A stretch of 64,000 nt of DNA from Anaerolineae bacterium (GCA_016926805.1 JAFGNV010000181.1:14492-78491); one strand, 5' to 3'; positions 7,743-20,820 are shown, numbered from the stretch's first letter. Notes: generated by a model from the sequence alone, not told the origin. A program made the numbers and translations.

Positions 7743-10733
7743 ATGACAACAACTTATTCCCCAACAGGCTCTCAACCGCCTGCGGTTAATCTGGTCATGC
7801 GTCAAGGCCCGCAGCCGGGCCAAAGCTTTTCCCTGGCCGGACCAACAATCACGATAGGGCGTGAGGCCAGTAACGATCTCGTGATCAACGATTCCCAGGT
7901 TTCTCGCCGCCACGCCACCTTGAACTGGGATGGCCGCCAGTTTGTGATCCAAGACCTGGACAGCGCCAATGGCACGTTTGTCAACGGCGTGCGTCTTATG
8001 GCGGCCCGGGCGCTGCAAAGCGGCGACGTCATCGGCCTAGGCTCGTCGATAACTTTTGATTTCCAGGCCGCGCCGGTGGCGGTGGGTGAGGCGGTCACGC
8101 TCAAAAGCGCCAGACCACCGCTCCCTGTCCCTACGCCTCCCGCTGCCCCACCTCCGGGCTACCCTGCCCCGCAGCCAGCGAAAAAGCGCGGCAAAATCCT
8201 GATTCCTATCCTTGCCTTGCTGGCCCTGGCCTTCCTGCTGGCCGCAGCCGCTTTAATCTACTTTCTGTGGCCCAGAGAGGAGACGAGGCCGCTGGTGTTG
8301 ATCAACTCGCCCCGCCAGGGGGAGCAGGTAGAGGTGGGACAGGAGCTGACCGTTCACTCCATCGCCCGCGATGAAGGCAAGGTGACCCGCGTCGAGTTAT
8401 GGGTGGACGGCCAGTTGCAGGAATCCCAGGCCAGCGCCCTGCCTGGAGGCACCTCCCCCTTCCCCCTGCTGGTTCGCTGGCGACCCTCTTCCCCCGGCCC
8501 TCACACCCTGATTGCCCGGGCTTTCAACGCCCAGGGGCGGCACGGCCAGGCTTCGGTCAACGTGGAGGCCACTGCGGAAGCAGACCGGGACGACGACGGG
8601 GTGCTTGATGAGGCCGACGCCTGCCCTGATGAAGCTGGCTGGGAGGAGACTGACGGCTGCCCCGATAGTGATGGCGACGGTATCCCGAATGAAGCTGACA
8701 CCTGCCCTGACGAGGCGGGCCTGTCCGAAGCTGGCGGCTGTCCCGTGCCCGGCGAGCAGGATCAGGATGGTGATGGGGTGCTCGATGAGGCCGACGCCTG
8801 CCCCGAGGAGGTCGGTTCGTCCCTGACCGAGGGTTGTCCCGACACCGATGAGGACGGCCTGCGAAATAGTGAAGACGCCTGCCCCGAAGAAGCCGGTCTG
8901 CCCGAACACGATGGCTGTCCACCGCCAGGAGACCGGGATGGCGACGGCGTGGTTGATGCGGACGACGACTGTCCTGATGAGGCCGGTTCGTCCGAGCAAA
9001 GCGGCTGTCCGGCGCCGGGCGACCGGGACGGCGATGGTCTGGTTGATGCGGACGACGACTGCCCTGATGAGGCCGGTTTGTCCGAGCACGCCGGTTGCCC
9101 CGACAGTGACGGTGACGGGGTGCGTGATAGAGATGATGCCTGTCCTGATGAGCCAGGCCTGCCCGGGCTTGGCGGCTGCCCCGATAGCGACGGCGACGGG
9201 GTGCGCGATAGGGACGACGCCTGCCCTCACGAGCCTGGCCCTGCCCCTGGCGGCTGTCCGGGTCCTGGACCTGGAGGTGGAGGCGACGACGACGATGGCG
9301 ACGGCATCCCCAATAACGTAGATGAGTGCCCCGACGAGCCTGGCCCTGCCCCCAGCGGCTGTCCAATTCCTGAGCTTGGGGGGTTGGGGGACCTCGAACC
9401 CTGGCCGCCCGGCGGTTTGTTCGATTTGGGGGATGACGTCATTATCCTGCACCCCGTAGAGTTCGAGGCCCTGGAGTTCACGGTCAATCAAGACTATGAC
9501 GAGGTCTGGTGCTACGCCAGCCTGGCCGGCGGGGATGTGGAGCGCCACAGCTTTGAGCCGCTGGACGAGAGACAGTGGGACATCGCCGGGCAACTGGGGG
9601 GTATAAACAGCCGGGTTGTGCCAGTGGCCGAGGGTCAGCCCTTGCAGGTGCAGGTGGAGTGTGGAGCTTCCAATATCTACCTCTGGGAGACAGAAGAATC
9701 ACCGGGAGGAGGTTTGCCCGAGGCCGGGGCATGGGGGACCATTTGGGACCTGGGTTCCTTTACTGCCTTGCATAACCGTGAGGATTGGAACGGCGACGTG
9801 CTCACCTCGCCGCCGATCACCGGGGGAGATGAGGGACATTCCTTCCAGGTCAAGTATCGCCTCTGCGCCGATTCGTGCGAGGCTGTAGCCTTTGCCCCAC
9901 CGCTGCTGCAGCTCACCGAGGTTGGTCCGCCGGGCGGCGGCGATCCCTGGCTGCGGGCGCTCACCTGGCGCTGGGAGGGAGACGAGTCCATGATTAACGG
10001 CTTCAGGCTGTACGTCAATGGCAGCTATTATCGAGCCTTTCGTCCTGACCAGCGCTCCTGGGAACTGCCCAGCCACCTGCAAGACCCTGCCTGTGGTGAA
10101 AGGCTCGAGTTCCAGATGACGACATTTGAAGGCCCCACGCCCGTTCCCAACCGGGAATCGCCGCGTAGCAATAGCCTGGTTCTGGAGGGCCCGCCGTGCC
10201 TGCGCCGGATACTTGTTACGTTCTCACAACTCCAGACCCATAACTTTCCGGCGGACCCGGATTCGAGTTTGTGCTGGCCCAATCAAGCCGGCCCGATTTA
10301 CGGCCGGTTCGGGGTCAATGATAGCAGTTTTGAGCTTAACACCGTCTATGGGCAGCGCCGTGCGTGCACGCGTGGGGTGGACTGTAACACCGTCACGGGC
10401 CAGTGTTTGAATCCCAACTCCAGTTACAGCATGGCGAACCTGATCGAGAATTGTGTGGACAGCAGGAATGGGCTTAGTCGCCGCCGCCAAGATCAGCTCG
10501 CGTGCCCCTATATCCCCTCAATAATAGTTGAGTTGGGGCCGGATGATGATGTGAGCATCTGGGCCGAGATCCGGGATGCGGATGGGGACGGCGCATCCGA
10601 TACGATTTTCCACGGCCAGCTTCCCCGGCGGGCCGCCGACCTGATTCCGGGTGAGTACACGATTGGCGACAGCCGTTTCTTGGTTGACTTGACGGTCCGG
10701 GTAGAGGAGCTGCCGTCCAACTCTGGGCCATAA
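7743..10733 (+). CDS. FHA-domain / single-pass membrane / thrombospondin-type-3 (Ca-binding) repeat protein, 996 aa
   Basis: GGAGG lies upstream of the ATG. N-terminal FHA domain (ITIGREASNDLVINDSQVSRRHATLNWDGRQFVIQDLDSANGTFVNG), then a P-rich linker and a TM helix (ILIPILALLALAFLLAAAALIYFLW). An Ig-like module follows, then about 9 repeats of D.DGDG..D..D.CP.E.G....GCP. The last ~430 aa are Cys-containing and hold no motif I recognise. Confidence 0.85.
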   Translation: MTTTYSPTGSQPPAVNLVMRQGPQPGQSFSLAGPTITIGREASNDLVINDSQVSRRHATLNWDGRQFVIQDLDSANGTFVNGVRLMAARALQSGDVIGLGSSITFDFQAAPVAVGEAVTLKSARPPLPVPTPPAAPPPGYPAPQPAKKRGKILIPILALLALAFLLAAAALIYFLWPREETRPLVLINSPRQGEQVEVGQELTVHSIARDEGKVTRVELWVDGQLQESQASALPGGTSPFPLLVRWRPSSPGPHTLIARAFNAQGRHGQASVNVEATAEADRDDDGVLDEADACPDEAGWEETDGCPDSDGDGIPNEADTCPDEAGLSEAGGCPVPGEQDQDGDGVLDEADACPEEVGSSLTEGCPDTDEDGLRNSEDACPEEAGLPEHDGCPPPGDRDGDGVVDADDDCPDEAGSSEQSGCPAPGDRDGDGLVDADDDCPDEAGLSEHAGCPDSDGDGVRDRDDACPDEPGLPGLGGCPDSDGDGVRDRDDACPHEPGPAPGGCPGPGPGGGGDDDDGDGIPNNVDECPDEPGPAPSGCPIPELGGLGDLEPWPPGGLFDLGDDVIILHPVEFEALEFTVNQDYDEVWCYASLAGGDVERHSFEPLDERQWDIAGQLGGINSRVVPVAEGQPLQVQVECGASNIYLWETEESPGGGLPEAGAWGTIWDLGSFTALHNREDWNGDVLTSPPITGGDEGHSFQVKYRLCADSCEAVAFAPPLLQLTEVGPPGGGDPWLRALTWRWEGDESMINGFRLYVNGSYYRAFRPDQRSWELPSHLQDPACGERLEFQMTTFEGPTPVPNRESPRSNSLVLEGPPCLRRILVTFSQLQTHNFPADPDSSLCWPNQAGPIYGRFGVNDSSFELNTVYGQRRACTRGVDCNTVTGQCLNPNSSYSMANLIENCVDSRNGLSRRRQDQLACPYIPSIIVELGPDDDVSIWAEIRDADGDGASDTIFHGQLPRRAADLIPGEYTIGDSRFLVDLTVRVEELPSNSGP
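8583..9366 (+). repeat. Coding tandem repeats (TSP type-3-like units, about 75-100 nt each)
   Basis: Reiterated GACGG(C/T)GA..GATGAGGCCGG..TGCCC blocks are visible in the DNA. They generate long spurious antisense ORFs (8397-9593, 8557-9366). Confidence 0.7.
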
Positions 10734-10798
10734 TGGGGGGGCGGGGGCAAGCACGTTACCGGCCCCTCATCTTGAAGAATTACTGATGCTCGTTGAAT

Positions 10799-12073
10799 TT
10801 ACTCCCGCCAGCCCTGATACCCCTGCCCCTTTTCGGCCCAGAGTTGGGCCAGATTCAGGCACATCTGCACCGAGGCGGCCATATCCTGCAAGCTGATGTA
10901 TTCCAACGGGCCGTGCAGATTCTGCATGCCGGTAAAGAGGTTGGGGCAGGGCAGGCCCCGCTCGGTGAGTTTGGAGCCGTCGGTGCCGCCGCGAATGGGA
11001 CGGTAAACGGGTTCCAGGCCCATCTGCTCGATGGCCTCGGCAGCCAGTTCTACCGGGCGTTTGTCTTTTTCCAGCCAGTAACGCATATTGCGGTATTGGG
11101 GCGTAATAGCACATTCGATTTTGGCGCGGGGTTCGCCGGCCTGCACCTGCTGGCAAATGGATTGTACCCGTTCGCCGTGCGCGGCCAGGCCGTCCAATTC
11201 AAAATCACGTAAAATTATATGCAACGCGGCCTGGGCTGTTGATCCCTGCATTTCGCAAAGGTGGATGAATCCTTCGTGTTCTGCCGTGGTTTCCGGCGAG
11301 CAATGGTCCTGGGGCAGGGCGTCGGCAATTTTGGCGGCCAGGTGCAAGGCATTGACCATTTTGTCTTTGGCCTCGCCGGGATGGATGGAGACGCCGGTGA
11401 CGGTGATGGTGGCCTTGTCGGCGGAAAAGGTTTCGTAGCAAACCTCGCCCAGTTGAGCGCCGTCCAGGGTGTAAGCCACGTTGGCCCCCAGTTCCTCTAA
11501 TTCTAAGTTGACCACGCCACGACCCACTTCCTCATCTGGATTAAAGCAGATCCGAATCTCGCCATGGGGAATCTCGGGATTGGCCAGCAGGTGAGCGGCC
11601 ATGGTCATAATAATGGCGACCCCGGCCTTGTCGTCGGCTCCCAGCAGGGTGTCGCCGCTGGCCGTGACGATGTCGTCGCCGTGTTTGGTTTGGAGATAGG
11701 TAAAGTCATCCTCAGCCAAAACCAAATCAGGATTATGGCAAAAGGTGATGGGCGCACCGTCGTAGTTCCGATGGATGATGGGTTTCACATTGGCGCCGTT
11801 ATAGGCCGGAGCCGTGTCAACGTGAGCAAAAAAGGCCACCGTAGGAATGTCGCCGGTAGGGACGGTCGCCGGAATGGTGGCCAGCGCATAGCCGGTATCG
11901 GTCAGGGCCACGTCTTTGGCTCCCAGGTCTATCAGTTCATTGACCAGCAGGCGCAACAAATCGAACTGTTTGGCGGTGCTGGGGGTTTCGTCCGAATTTT
12001 CCTTGCTCTGGGTGTCAATTTGGACGTAGCGCAGAAAACGATCTTCGAGTTCTTTTAGGAAATTTTTGGGCAT
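10799..12073 (-). CDS. pepT: Peptidase T (tripeptide aminopeptidase, M20B)
   Basis: Near-colinear by eye with E. coli PepT: LEDRFLRYVQIDTQS, FFAHVDTAP, TLLGADDKAGVAIIM, PHGEIRICFNPDEEVG, IRGGTDGS, PCPNLFTG. Track start TTG 12094 overlaps the upstream gene; ATG 12073 is preferred. Confidence 0.9.
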   Translation of the reverse strand: MPKNFLKELEDRFLRYVQIDTQSKENSDETPSTAKQFDLLRLLVNELIDLGAKDVALTDTGYALATIPATVPTGDIPTVAFFAHVDTAPAYNGANVKPIIHRNYDGAPITFCHNPDLVLAEDDFTYLQTKHGDDIVTASGDTLLGADDKAGVAIIMTMAAHLLANPEIPHGEIRICFNPDEEVGRGVVNLELEELGANVAYTLDGAQLGEVCYETFSADKATITVTGVSIHPGEAKDKMVNALHLAAKIADALPQDHCSPETTAEHEGFIHLCEMQGSTAQAALHIILRDFELDGLAAHGERVQSICQQVQAGEPRAKIECAITPQYRNMRYWLEKDKRPVELAAEAIEQMGLEPVYRPIRGGTDGSKLTERGLPCPNLFTGMQNLHGPLEYISLQDMAASVQMCLNLAQLWAEKGQGYQGWRE

Positions 12074-12080
12074 GAGTTTT

Positions 12081-14946
<2,866 letters not shown>

Positions 14947-14981
14947 AGATTCTTCTCCCCAAGAAATTTTGGTTCATTTTG

Positions 14982-16214
14982 TCAAAAGGTCCATTCGCCG
15001 GCCCGCATTATTGGCTCGATGGCGCCGTCCGAAGTGATTCCGTCAACATCCATGTGAGCCGAACCAATCATAAAATCAACATGGATCAGACTGTCGTTGC
15101 CGCCAGCTTTGGCAAATTCCTCGTCGGACATAAGAAGACCGTTTTTTAGAGAGCAACGATAGGCTCGACCCAGGGCCAGATGGTTGGCGGCGTTTTCGTC
15201 GTACAGGGTGTTGTAGAATAACAGCCCCGATTGGGAAATGGGCGAACTGTGCGGCACCAGGGCGACCTCACCCAGCCGGGCAGCCCCCTCGTCGCTTTCA
15301 ATCAACTTCTTGAGAACGGCTTCGCCCTTTTTTGCGGTCACTTTGGTGATGCGCCCATTTTCAAAGGTCAGGCTGAAATCTTCAATCAGTATCCCGGCGT
15401 GGCTCAGGGGTTTGGCGCTGCTTACCACTCCCTCGGCCTTATCTCGATGAGGCATCGTGAAGATTTCTTCAGTAGGAATATTGACCACAAACACAATGCT
15501 ATGTTGGCTAACGCTCTGACCACTTTTCCAGAGATGGTTGGCTGGCAGCCCAACGGTGAAGTCCGTACCCGGCGCGGTATATTTGAGGGCCGTGTAGTGT
15601 TTGGCGTTCAGGTAATCTGTTTTTGCTTTGAGGGTGGTCAGGTGTTCCTGCCAGGCGGCCATCGGATCGGGCCGGTCGATGCGGCAAACCTTAAAAATGA
15701 TTTCCCAAAGTTTTGACATCTGTTCGTCCGGCGGATCATTGGGGAATATTTTGGCGGCCCAACCGGCAACGGGCAGCGAAATGAGACACCAGTTGGTTGC
15801 GTCGGCCATGATCTGGCGGCGAAACGGCAACATGTGTTCATCGTGGATACGTTGGGCCAACGCCACCAACTCTGGGTCCTGGTCCTTGAGCAGGTCCGGG
15901 TCAACCGCGTGAATGGCCAGCGAGGCATCGCCTTGTTTGGCAAGTTTGGCCATGGTTTCGGTGCGCCAGGCGGGATATTCCTCAAATGAATCACGCGGCG
16001 CGTATTGAAAGCGGGCCAGGGTGAGGGCGTCATCTAACCACATCACGTCAACCAGCCTGGCCCCGGCCCGGTAGGCGCTGGCGACAATCAGGCGGACCAG
16101 GGAGGCGGCTTCAACCGGGGCGCGAACCAGCAGGCGTTGCCCGGCTTGCAGGCCGACGCCCACCTTAACTGTTAACTCGGCGTAATTTTGCAGTTTCTGT
16201 TCAAAAGATAACAC
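14982..16214 (-). CDS. M29 family aminopeptidase (AmpS/PepS-like, thermophilic metalloprotease family)
   Basis: N-terminus FEQKLQNYAELTVKVGVGLQAGQRLLV. C-terminal NAANHLALG..DSLIHVDFMIG is typical of M29. 410 aa. Confidence 0.8.
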   Translation of the reverse strand: MLSFEQKLQNYAELTVKVGVGLQAGQRLLVRAPVEAASLVRLIVASAYRAGARLVDVMWLDDALTLARFQYAPRDSFEEYPAWRTETMAKLAKQGDASLAIHAVDPDLLKDQDPELVALAQRIHDEHMLPFRRQIMADATNWCLISLPVAGWAAKIFPNDPPDEQMSKLWEIIFKVCRIDRPDPMAAWQEHLTTLKAKTDYLNAKHYTALKYTAPGTDFTVGLPANHLWKSGQSVSQHSIVFVVNIPTEEIFTMPHRDKAEGVVSSAKPLSHAGILIEDFSLTFENGRITKVTAKKGEAVLKKLIESDEGAARLGEVALVPHSSPISQSGLLFYNTLYDENAANHLALGRAYRCSLKNGLLMSDEEFAKAGGNDSLIHVDFMIGSAHMDVDGITSDGAIEPIMRAGEWTF

Positions 16215-16215
16215 A

Positions 16216-17937
16216 TTATGACTCCAATCTGGGGATGGGGGTTAATTGGCCGGGTTTTTCGAAGATGCTTTCGGCGGCTTCGCTCACTCGTCTGGCTACT
16301 TTGGCGAGAAGATGTTTTTGCTCGGCCAGGTAGTTGTACAAATCGCAAATGGCGTTCACAACTTCCCCCCTTTCTTCCGGTGAAAGCTCTTCTTCAATGT
16401 TGTCGTCCCAAAATTCAGTAATGAACTCGCTCAGATGATAGCCCTGAATGTCGGCCAGGGTTGGGGGCGTATCATAGCCTTCATCCAGGTAGGACAGAAA
16501 ATCGGACAAATCCAGCCAATAGTCGTTTAACTCATCCACTTCAATGCCTTGTTCGTAGCGGGCGTTGAGGTAATCCACCAGCCAATCGTAAGGCAAAATA
16601 TACTCACCGTGTTCATCCAATTTGTTCTGGAGACCATCGTAGTAATCGGCCACTTCTGCCAGTAGACCGTTAAAATCGTCAATCTCGTCTTCAAAAACAT
16701 CGTCATTCGGGTCTCCCAACGCCATTACCGGCATTCGTTCACCTTTTGGGCCGATAATTTCCAGGCCGCGGATCGGTTCTCCCGTCAGTTCGCCCCATTC
16801 GTCTTCGGTTTGGGCGTCTACTTCGGCGGCGTAAGCCAGGGTTTGCGGCGAGGGGTCAACGATGCGCCGCTCAACCATAGCCTGGAATTGATGATATTCC
16901 GGGGGAAGTTTGACCTTGTATTTGCGGTTGGCTTCCAACGCGTCCAAGATGAATTTTCGGGCACGGTGGTAGGGTACCTGTCGTTGTTCAACCTCGTGCC
17001 GGTTTGCGCTGTCAATAAACTCTCGCTGAAATTGGCGAGGGGTCATACTGTGGGTGGGGAAAAAGTCTTTGATGGCTCCCTGCCAGGGGTGGCCAAAATC
17101 CAGTAAAAAGACCAGCGCCTGAACCAGGTTGGAGCCCCGCTCAAATAGAATGGCGATCTGTTGCTGCCAGGGATGAGCCGGATCGGTGCAGTAGGCGGCG
17201 TAAAAGCGCTCTTCTAGCAAGGCTTTGATGGACGCGGTTTGGGGAAAGACATTTTGCCCCGACAATTTCAACAATCCCTTTCGGGCTGTTTTACGGATGT
17301 TGGCGTAAGTTGTAGTTGCCGCAATTGCGGCCAGCATATCGGCAGCGGCGGCATCACCCATCTTGATCAGGTCTTCAGCGATGACCTGGATAGCGTCTGC
17401 CCCCCCGGCCTTGGTGATGTCTTCAAATTGGAACATTATGGCTTCCACGTCGTCGGGGTTATCCATTTTTTGTAACTCTTTGATGATGGCGTGTAACCCA
17501 AACCGGCCCATACTGGCAACTTCATCCAGGTCAGCCTGTTTGATGTCGCGCCAGGAGAAATATTCGCCGGGATTATCCAGGTCAACGTCTTCGCCCATTT
17601 GTTTGAGAATGACTAGGGCTGTCATTTTTGCGCCCATTGATAATTTGGACCGACGAACCAGTTGCCACAAATGTTTGGTGCTGGTTTCGTCGCCCAGTTT
17701 GGGGATAGCCACCATGAGGGCGTCTTTGCGTTCGTTATCGGCCCCATCCAATAAACCGATCAACGCCTCCAGAATGGCTTCACGGCTGATTTCGGTTATG
17801 AGGGTTTCAATGGCAGCGATATACTCGTCTCCATCCAGTTCGCCCTGCTGGTAGCGAGTCAAAATTTTTTCCAACCGGGGACGGGCCAGAGTTTGGATGG
17901 GAATGTTGGATTTTTTCTGTTTTTTCTTTTTACTCAT
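16216..17937 (-). CDS. Acidic 573-aa hypothetical protein
   Basis: Long ORF with coding-like composition. Its stop lies 1 nt from the M29 start. Basic N-terminal tail (MSKKKKQKKS), then helical acidic sequence. No motif recognised. Confidence 0.6.
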   Translation of the reverse strand: MSKKKKQKKSNIPIQTLARPRLEKILTRYQQGELDGDEYIAAIETLITEISREAILEALIGLLDGADNERKDALMVAIPKLGDETSTKHLWQLVRRSKLSMGAKMTALVILKQMGEDVDLDNPGEYFSWRDIKQADLDEVASMGRFGLHAIIKELQKMDNPDDVEAIMFQFEDITKAGGADAIQVIAEDLIKMGDAAAADMLAAIAATTTYANIRKTARKGLLKLSGQNVFPQTASIKALLEERFYAAYCTDPAHPWQQQIAILFERGSNLVQALVFLLDFGHPWQGAIKDFFPTHSMTPRQFQREFIDSANRHEVEQRQVPYHRARKFILDALEANRKYKVKLPPEYHQFQAMVERRIVDPSPQTLAYAAEVDAQTEDEWGELTGEPIRGLEIIGPKGERMPVMALGDPNDDVFEDEIDDFNGLLAEVADYYDGLQNKLDEHGEYILPYDWLVDYLNARYEQGIEVDELNDYWLDLSDFLSYLDEGYDTPPTLADIQGYHLSEFITEFWDDNIEEELSPEERGEVVNAICDLYNYLAEQKHLLAKVARRVSEAAESIFEKPGQLTPIPRLES

Positions 17938-17959
17938 CGCAGAAACCTTTCCATAATTG

Positions 17960-20164
17960 TCAAGTCTGTCTCAACCGCTCTTTCAGGGCCGACCAGCGGG
18001 CCGCAATTTTGTCGTTTTTAACCGCCATGGCAATGGCTTTGCGGGTACCCACAATCACCACCATTTCTTTAGCCCGGGTGATGGCGGTGTAAATCAAATT
18101 GCGTTGCAGCATCATGTAGTGCTGGGTGAGCATCGGTAGTACCACTACCTGGTATTCGCTGCCCTGGCTTTTGTGGACGCTCATGGCGTAGGCCAGAGTC
18201 AGTTCGTCCAGGTCGCTCAACTCATAAACCACGCTGCGTCCCTCGAATTCTACCCGAATTTCACCTTCTTCCAAATCGATGTTTTCAATGTGGCCTACAT
18301 CGCCGTTGAAAATGTCTTTATCGTAATTGTTGCGTAGTTGCAGCACCCGGTCGCCCACTCGAAACACCCGGCTACCACTCCGATATTCGGGCCGGTCGTA
18401 ACGCAACGGATTGAGCCGGGTCTGCAATTTTTCGTTGAGGGTTCGCGCGCCAACCACACCCCGGTGCATCGGGCTGAGCACCTGGATGTGCTGGCTGGGG
18501 ATGCCAAATTTGCGCAGAAGGCGCCGGGCCACAATATCCACAATCAAGTCGGCGGCGGCTTCGGGGTCTTCCTGGCCAAAAAAATAGAAATCTTGCTTGT
18601 GCCTGGGGAAGAGGGGCATTTCCCCCCGATTTATCCGGTGCGCGTTGGTGATGATGGTGCTATCGGCGGCCTGGCGGAAAATCACGTCTAACTGGATGAC
18701 TGGCACCACCTGACTGGCAATCAAATCGCGGAGCACGTTGCCCGCCCCCACGCTGGGTAACTGGTCGGCGTCGCCCACCATCAACAGGTGCGCTCCCGGT
18801 GGAACCGCCTTGAGCAGGTTGTTCATCAACACCAGATCAATCATCGAACATTCGTCCAGAATGAGCAGGTCGCCCTCCAGCGGGTTGTCCTGGTTACGTT
18901 GAAACTTGAATCCCTCGCTGGGGCTGACCTCCAGCAGACGGTGAATGGTTTTGGCTTCGTGCCCGGTGCTTTCGGTCAGCCGTTTGGCTGCGCGGCCGGT
19001 GGGGGCGGCCAACAGGGCTGTTTTCCCTTTTCCCTGGAGCAGGTGCAAAATCGACTGGACCGTAAACGTTTTGCCCGTGCCCGGCCCGCCGGTCAAGATA
19101 CTCACTTTATGGGTCAGAGCCATTTGAACGGCTTGGCGCTGGCGTTCGGCCAATTCGCTGCCATCGTTCCGGGTAGTTAATAGCCACTTAAACGCCTTTT
19201 CCCAATTAACCCCGGCAAATGGAGCTAGGCGACTCTCTTTGGCGACCAGTAATTGTCTGATCTGCCGGGCTACACCCACCTCGGCGTAATAAAAAGGGTT
19301 GAGATAGACGGCTTCGATAGGAGGCTCGTCAGACGGGAAAGGAACCATCCGTTCAACTTTAACCCGGTCTTCGCGCTGCAACGCTTCAAGCTGCGCCTCA
19401 ATCTGTTGTGGTTTGACCGCCAAAATTTTGGCCGCCTCCGGCACCAGGTGCTCACGCGGAACGAAGGCGTGGCCCTGGTCGGCCAGTTGGTTGAGAGTAT
19501 ATTCGATCCCGGCGGCAATCCGTTGCGGCGCGTCGGCTTCGATGCCCACGTTACGGGCGATTTTATCAGCCGTTAAAAAACCGATGCCGAAGATGTCGCG
19601 GGCCAGACGATAGGGATCATCCTTGACCACGCTAATAGAATTATCGCCGTAAGTCTTGTAAATTTTTACGGCCAGATTGGTGCTCACCTGGTGGCTCTGT
19701 AAAAAAAGCATAATCTCTTTGATCTGCTTTTGGGAGTCCCAGGCGCTGGCAATCATCTTGACCCGTTTAGGGCCAATGCCGTCCACTTCGGCCAGCCGGT
19801 TGATATTGGACTCGATCACCTCCAGCGTATATGGGCCAAACTTTTCTGCAATCCGTTGGGCCATAATTGGCCCAATGCCTTTGATTAAACCGCTGCCCAG
19901 GTAGCGTTTGATTCCTTCGACAGTGGCCGGCATTTCTTCCACGTAACGTACAATCTCAAATTGTTCGCCGTATTTAGGATGAGTCTTCCAATATCCTTCC
20001 AGTTTCAAACGCGCGCCCGGGTTTACATTGGCCAGCGCGCCAACAATGGTAACCAGGCCAAAACGGTGGTCGGCGTGGAAGCGGGCCACGGTGTAGCCGT
20101 TATCAGGGTTGGTATAGGTAATACGTTCGACAACACCCTTGAGGATGGTGGTGGGTTGATTCAT
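17960..20164 (-). CDS. recD2: RecD2-type SF1B ATP-dependent DNA helicase
   Basis: Walker A LTGGPGTGKTF, Walker B LLILDECSMID, LMVGDADQLPSVGAG, helicase motif VHKSQGSEY. N-terminal OB/HhH region typical of RecD2. Confidence 0.9.
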   Translation of the reverse strand: MNQPTTILKGVVERITYTNPDNGYTVARFHADHRFGLVTIVGALANVNPGARLKLEGYWKTHPKYGEQFEIVRYVEEMPATVEGIKRYLGSGLIKGIGPIMAQRIAEKFGPYTLEVIESNINRLAEVDGIGPKRVKMIASAWDSQKQIKEIMLFLQSHQVSTNLAVKIYKTYGDNSISVVKDDPYRLARDIFGIGFLTADKIARNVGIEADAPQRIAAGIEYTLNQLADQGHAFVPREHLVPEAAKILAVKPQQIEAQLEALQREDRVKVERMVPFPSDEPPIEAVYLNPFYYAEVGVARQIRQLLVAKESRLAPFAGVNWEKAFKWLLTTRNDGSELAERQRQAVQMALTHKVSILTGGPGTGKTFTVQSILHLLQGKGKTALLAAPTGRAAKRLTESTGHEAKTIHRLLEVSPSEGFKFQRNQDNPLEGDLLILDECSMIDLVLMNNLLKAVPPGAHLLMVGDADQLPSVGAGNVLRDLIASQVVPVIQLDVIFRQAADSTIITNAHRINRGEMPLFPRHKQDFYFFGQEDPEAAADLIVDIVARRLLRKFGIPSQHIQVLSPMHRGVVGARTLNEKLQTRLNPLRYDRPEYRSGSRVFRVGDRVLQLRNNYDKDIFNGDVGHIENIDLEEGEIRVEFEGRSVVYELSDLDELTLAYAMSVHKSQGSEYQVVVLPMLTQHYMMLQRNLIYTAITRAKEMVVIVGTRKAIAMAVKNDKIAARWSALKERLRQT

Positions 20165-20219
20165 TGTTCCTGATGCCTCTGGGTCTCATTGTAGCACAGA
20201 TTTTTGGGTTTGCTGAATC

Positions 20220-20246
20220 AAAAAAGGGCGTATCTGCGCCCTTTTT
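20220..20246 (-). terminator. Rho-independent terminator (bidirectional-looking hairpin)
   Basis: AAAAAAGGGCG-tatctg-CGCCCTTTTT, 25 nt downstream of the stop of the 20272-20577 gene. Confidence 0.55.
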
Positions 20247-20271
20247 CTTTGATGCGATGCCGTTGCTTTGG

Positions 20272-20577
20272 TTATTTTTTCTTTTCCTGCTTCTCTTTTT
20301 CAAACACGCCCAGGGCTTCTTCCTCGTTCCACGTTTCGTCCAACTGTTTGGCAATTGCCGCAGCCACCTCGGCCGCCGACCCTTCCCGCTCCTGTTCCTT
20401 CCCCCATTTGAACATCGAGGTGTAAGCCGCGGCTCCGGTTCGTCCGCCACGGGAGGCCGCCTGCTCAACAGCCTCCTGAAAACGGGCCGGGAGATTCTCT
20501 CTCACGGTGCCGTTTACGTCGGTTGCTTTTACGCCTAACGGAATATGCTCCCAATACAGAATTTGATATCGGGCCAT
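20272..20577 (-). CDS. Small protein, possible 'virulence factor' (PF13769-like) family
   Basis: Track ORF trimmed to ATG 20577 (AGGAGG 10 nt upstream). MARYQILYWEHIPLGVKATD..RFQEAV resembles that family from memory. K/E-rich tail. Confidence 0.5.
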   Translation of the reverse strand: MARYQILYWEHIPLGVKATDVNGTVRENLPARFQEAVEQAASRGGRTGAAAYTSMFKWGKEQEREGSAAEVAAAIAKQLDETWNEEEALGVFEKEKQEKKK

Positions 20578-20820
20578 ACCTTTTATTGCCTCCTTTTTGG
20601 TGTCAACACTCTGAAAAATTTGTTTGGTGAGGATTGGCAACTAAAAATGATCTGGGGTTTATTGAATTCCAAAGTCCAAATCTATCCAATAGTTTACACT
20701 TTCCAGAATAAAATTGCAACTTTGTTATAGATGGTTGGTATCTTCTCGATGATTTTGGAATAACATAGGGAACAGGACAGCTCGAAACGTACCGAGAATG
20801 ACTGCCCAACCCTTTTTGTT

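Noticed and set aside
6673-7764. 363-aa antisense ORF over the lipoprotein repeats
   Set aside because: It is an artefact of repetitive, GC-rich coding DNA. It has no start context, and its sequence is low-complexity (R/G/H-rich).
8397-9593. 398-aa and 269-aa antisense ORFs over the TSP3 repeat region
   Set aside because: GAC/GGC-rich repeats lack stop codons on the opposite strand. The products are R/G/A/V low-complexity sequences.
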